DNA from: Schizochytrium sp. TIO01
Taxonomy: Eukaryota; Protista; Bigyra: Labyrinthulomycetes
Assembly: GCA_004764695.1 (NCBI GenBank)
Contig: SMSO01000031.1
Location: 4,750,436 to 4,814,435, forward strand
Length of the DNA stretch: 64,000 nt
Reading direction: 5' to 3'
The notes under the pieces were generated by a model, which saw only the letters and a list, made by a program, of their open reading frames with translations, was not told the origin of the DNA and did no database searches. Positions 60,949 to 64,000 of the stretch are shown here, piece by piece (within the stretch, counting starts at the first letter, position 1; every line of letters starts with the position of its first letter). The position numbers and the translations under genes are program-made.

Positions 60949-61908
60949 TCATCCTATAATAAGTCCATATGCTACCGCAAAGGAGCCCAAAATGACGAGT
61001 AGGACACCAACAAGCATGGTGATTTTATGCTCTGCAAGATGATACGCGTATCGAGCTGTAATGACCACAGCAACAAAATCAACGGGTACTGCAACCATTG
61101 TTGCTAATTTTATATTTTCCCAAGCAATATCTCCTCGGTAGAGTAGGAGAATGATTAACCCGGTTATAACCACGGCAGAGATAAGGCCACTCGCAGCTGT
61201 ACTAGGAAGTACTCTCCAGCGTTGCAAAATTAGCAACATAATTGCCATTCCATTTCCACCTCCAAATCCAAAAGAGCCTACTAAGACACCCATTAATGCA
61301 AAACCAAACACAGTTAAGATGTCTCGAATGAACATCGTTCGCTTTGGATGAGTAATTTCTTCCTCCAATTCTCCTTGCATGGCTGACTCTACATCTGGTT
61401 CCTTACCCTCCATTGTGTAGTCTCTGGTCTCTACTCCGCTAGAGACATGGCCAAAGCCTGCTGCGTGGACTACGCGCATCTCATCAGTTTGCGACTTTAC
61501 AAAAGCTCGACGAGCTCGAACTGCACGAATGATGAAGCCAATGCCCATAGCAATGACCACCGCACTCACACCAACACCAAGCGAGCCTCCATTGTTCTGT
61601 ATAAATTGGACACCGTACATCACAGCACATACTATAGCTGCAGCAAGGCAAGCAATTGACGCAACGATAATGATGCTGGGGTGCTTTATGTCTTTGAGAC
61701 AAGCACGATATCTAATACATATGGCCAGTCCATTGAGCACATCTACGATGAAGCACAGGAAGATAGCATCTAAAGCTGGTGTGCCGAATGTCGTAACCAA
61801 AACAGGAAAAATAATTAGGTATGCTGAGACTGCCAGCGCTGCAGAGGCCACGCCAGTGAGTGCTGCTACACCTGCTAGCAAGACGATCTGCCATATGACC
61901 ACCGCCAT
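60949..61908 (-). CDS. TauE/SafE (TSUP) family sulfite/anion exporter-like membrane protein, copy 2 (tandem paralog)
   Basis: 319 aa, colinear with copy 1. Shared motifs (copy 2 / copy 1): MAVVIW / MAIVAW, FPVL..TF, AIF.CF.VDV.NGL, GS.GFGGGNGMA, STA.SG, YHL.EHK / YHF.EYK. Confidence 0.75.
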   Translation of the reverse strand: MAVVIWQIVLLAGVAALTGVASAALAVSAYLIIFPVLVTTFGTPALDAIFLCFIVDVLNGLAICIRYRACLKDIKHPSIIIVASIACLAAAIVCAVMYGVQFIQNNGGSLGVGVSAVVIAMGIGFIIRAVRARRAFVKSQTDEMRVVHAAGFGHVSSGVETRDYTMEGKEPDVESAMQGELEEEITHPKRTMFIRDILTVFGFALMGVLVGSFGFGGGNGMAIMLLILQRWRVLPSTAASGLISAVVITGLIILLLYRGDIAWENIKLATMVAVPVDFVAVVITARYAYHLAEHKITMLVGVLLVILGSFAVAYGLIIG

Positions 61909-62904
61909 GCTTTTCCTCGAGCAGCAGAGGTTGGTTTAAAGAATCCTGATGAAACCGGTTCGTGGGTGTCAACATACCTTGTTGAATCAAAGTCTGATGT
62001 AATTGGGTTTGGGGCCTTCTCCTAAAGCAGAAGTACTTGGGTACTACCCTCGTTGATCGCGCGGCCACGGTATGGTAGCACGTGCAGAAAACATGTTTTA
62101 TTGAGGTAGGTAGGCTTATTAATGACATATCTAACTACTACTCGGTATAACCCCCAAAAGTTTTACTTCCCTCATAGTACCACCGCTGCAAGAAAAATAA
62201 TCAGCATGCCAGATTGACAACGATTGGGATAAGCAACAGCAGACGCTTTCTCTCAGGGCAGTATTCACTTTCCAATTTTTAGATCAATGCGCAGTACTAA
62301 TAGAAACTCAGCAGCTTTGAACCATGCACTTGCTGGTGTGTATTGTTATCGTGTGTTTTGGGTGGGGGAGCTAAACAATATCCGATGATACGGAGGAAGG
62401 TTTGGTAAATGTTGGCCTTTTCATGATCCAGCGCAACGAACAGGGATGGGCTCGCCTCATTGTCAATGATTTTATTCATTAGAGACAGTGGCAAAAAATC
62501 CAGCACTGGGCAAGATGACTGGTTTTCACTTGATGATGGCGACGAGGTTGAGTAGAAATCAAAACTTTCTTTTTCCGTGGCAGTCCTGGCTCGCATCTTA
62601 AGAGTCAAAATAAGGATCGAGGCGAAGGAGGGAAACGATCACGTGGGTGGTTCGAATGCTGCTGGAATTTATTTATCTACTATATAAGTAGAATTAATGT
62701 TTCATGACAGAAGCTGGAGAATATACCGGTGGGGGCTATCTTCAGGGTTCCTTTTAACTATAATGTTAAGACCAATTTCGGCGTGATTAGCATGGACAAT
62801 CTCGTTTTTTTTTTGGTTGTTGTTTTCTAAATTTATTGCCAGATGGAATTTCAAGATCTGTTGCATTGAGGATTGATTATCCGTAAGGGATGTGAACTAT
62901 AGAG

Positions 62905-64000
62905 CTAGAGCTTTGCTGAAAAGGCACGCAGCGCAACAACAAAAAGCAAGGTTGCAGCTGCAAACCCAGTGAGGGTCCTAGAACGAAATTGGGCGTGCTC
63001 CATGGATGCTGCAGCGGCATCCTGGGCAAGTATCGATGCGCATACACCAGCAGGGATTTCTGCGTTGTCATCTAGTGCAGGCAAGACATACTTATCAAGC
63101 CATGCCTCTTGCTCATAAACAGTATGAAGAATGGACTCCTTCGCCGTGTAACCGTGGCCCTCGTAAGGAAGGAGGACAAGCTTGGTGATGGCGCCATGGC
63201 CCTTGAGTGCATCATAGAGGCGTTCAGACTGAATTGGAAAGGTACCTGGGTTCTCATCTTTAATTCCGTGAATCAAAAGCAACTTGCCAGGTCCTTTGGC
63301 AATTTTAGGAGCATGAGAGAATGGGGAGAGCTTAGCGTAGGTATCTGGTGCCTCCCAATAAGTGCGCTCCTCAGCCTGAAATCCAAAGGGTGTCAGGGCG
63401 CGGTTGTAAGCTCCAGATCGAGCAATACCTGCACTGAAAAGGTCCGTGTGAGCAAGCAAATGTGCTGTCATAAAGCCACCATAGGAATGCCCACCCACGG
63501 CAAAGCCACCTGGCTTACCAATCTTACGATCAAGGAGAAGGCGTACCGCGGCTTGAGCATTGGCCCGCAGCTGCTCAATGAAAGTATCGTTGGGTTCTAC
63601 ATTGGGATCTTCTGCAACAATCGGGCTAGAAAAACCGAGAACAACCCAATCTTTGACGACCCAGGTGACTGGGCGAGACCAAGATGTGCGCGTAAAAAGA
63701 TAAGGAGAGGTTTTTACCTGACCTGCTGTCTTGGTCGATTTAAACTCGCGAGGGTAGGCCCACAAGAGGCATGGACGAGGACCATCGCGCTCAGGGTTAT
63801 AGTTCGGAGGCAAGTACAAGTTTGCGGTCAAGTCAATACCGTCATCGCGCTTGTATTTAACAAGCTCCTTTTGAACTCCAATTAATGAGGGCTGCGGGTG
63901 CTCATGTTGAGTGAGACGCCATTCTTTTCCAGATGGAAGATGGCGCCAGTAAAAGTCAGGAGGTTCATCGTTTGATTCACGACGCAGCATCATCCATTCG
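62905..64000 (-). CDS. Peptidase S9 family, glutamyl endopeptidase (cGEP/S9D)-like; C-terminal part only, 5' end outside the window
   Basis: Nucleophile motif GGHSYGGFMT, GIARSGAYNR.LTPFGFQ.EERT.WEA, catalytic Asp region LLIHGIKDENPGTFPIQSERL and His region LLPYEGHGY. The frame is open to the window edge. Confidence 0.92.
   Translation of the reverse strand, partial: EWMMLRRESNDEPPDFYWRHLPSGKEWRLTQHEHPQPSLIGVQKELVKYKRDDGIDLTANLYLPPNYNPERDGPRPCLLWAYPREFKSTKTAGQVKTSPYLFTRTSWSRPVTWVVKDWVVLGFSSPIVAEDPNVEPNDTFIEQLRANAQAAVRLLLDRKIGKPGGFAVGGHSYGGFMTAHLLAHTDLFSAGIARSGAYNRALTPFGFQAEERTYWEAPDTYAKLSPFSHAPKIAKGPGKLLLIHGIKDENPGTFPIQSERLYDALKGHGAITKLVLLPYEGHGYTAKESILHTVYEQEAWLDKYVLPALDDNAEIPAGVCASILAQDAAAASMEHAQFRSRTLTGFAAATLLFVVALRAFSAKL

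Noticed and set aside
62600-62670. GGTTCGAATGC B-box-like motif suggesting a tRNA
   Set aside because: No cloverleaf: no T-stem or acceptor-stem pairing and no A-box at the proper spacing.
63109-63885. 258-aa plus-strand ORF overlapping the S9 peptidase
   Set aside because: Antisense shadow ORF; the minus strand carries all the catalytic motifs.

Overview
Eukaryotic nuclear DNA, not prokaryotic. It has GT-AG introns with GTAAGT donors and CTAAC-type branch points, a spliced 60S ribosomal protein L36 gene and a Mediator subunit. The intron-poor genes, abundant 4-9-mer microsatellites and codon style suggest a stramenopile protist, probably a thraustochytrid or other labyrinthulomycete (inference). 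The first ~26 kb is a microsatellite-rich gene desert with no supportable protein-coding gene. It ends at a large orphan gene (26.3-28.7 kb) that looks like an undescribed sensor/transcription factor: low-complexity N-terminus, a compact ~110-aa globular domain, two basic NLS-like clusters and a C-terminal PAS-like fold. The remaining 35 kb is gene-dense, in this order: omega-amidase NIT2, a METTL21-type lysine methyltransferase, a 3-exon unknown membrane protein, a MED10-like gene with an apparent 1-nt frameshift, a PH-domain protein, RPL36, a NIPA-family Mg2+ transporter, a 2-exon protein with four copies of a ~45-aa helical repeat, two tandem TauE/SafE-like transporters separated by a palindrome-rich 57-bp tandem repeat, and a window-truncated S9 glutamyl-endopeptidase-like protease. 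No rRNA, tRNA, CRISPR array or recognisable transposon ORF was seen.
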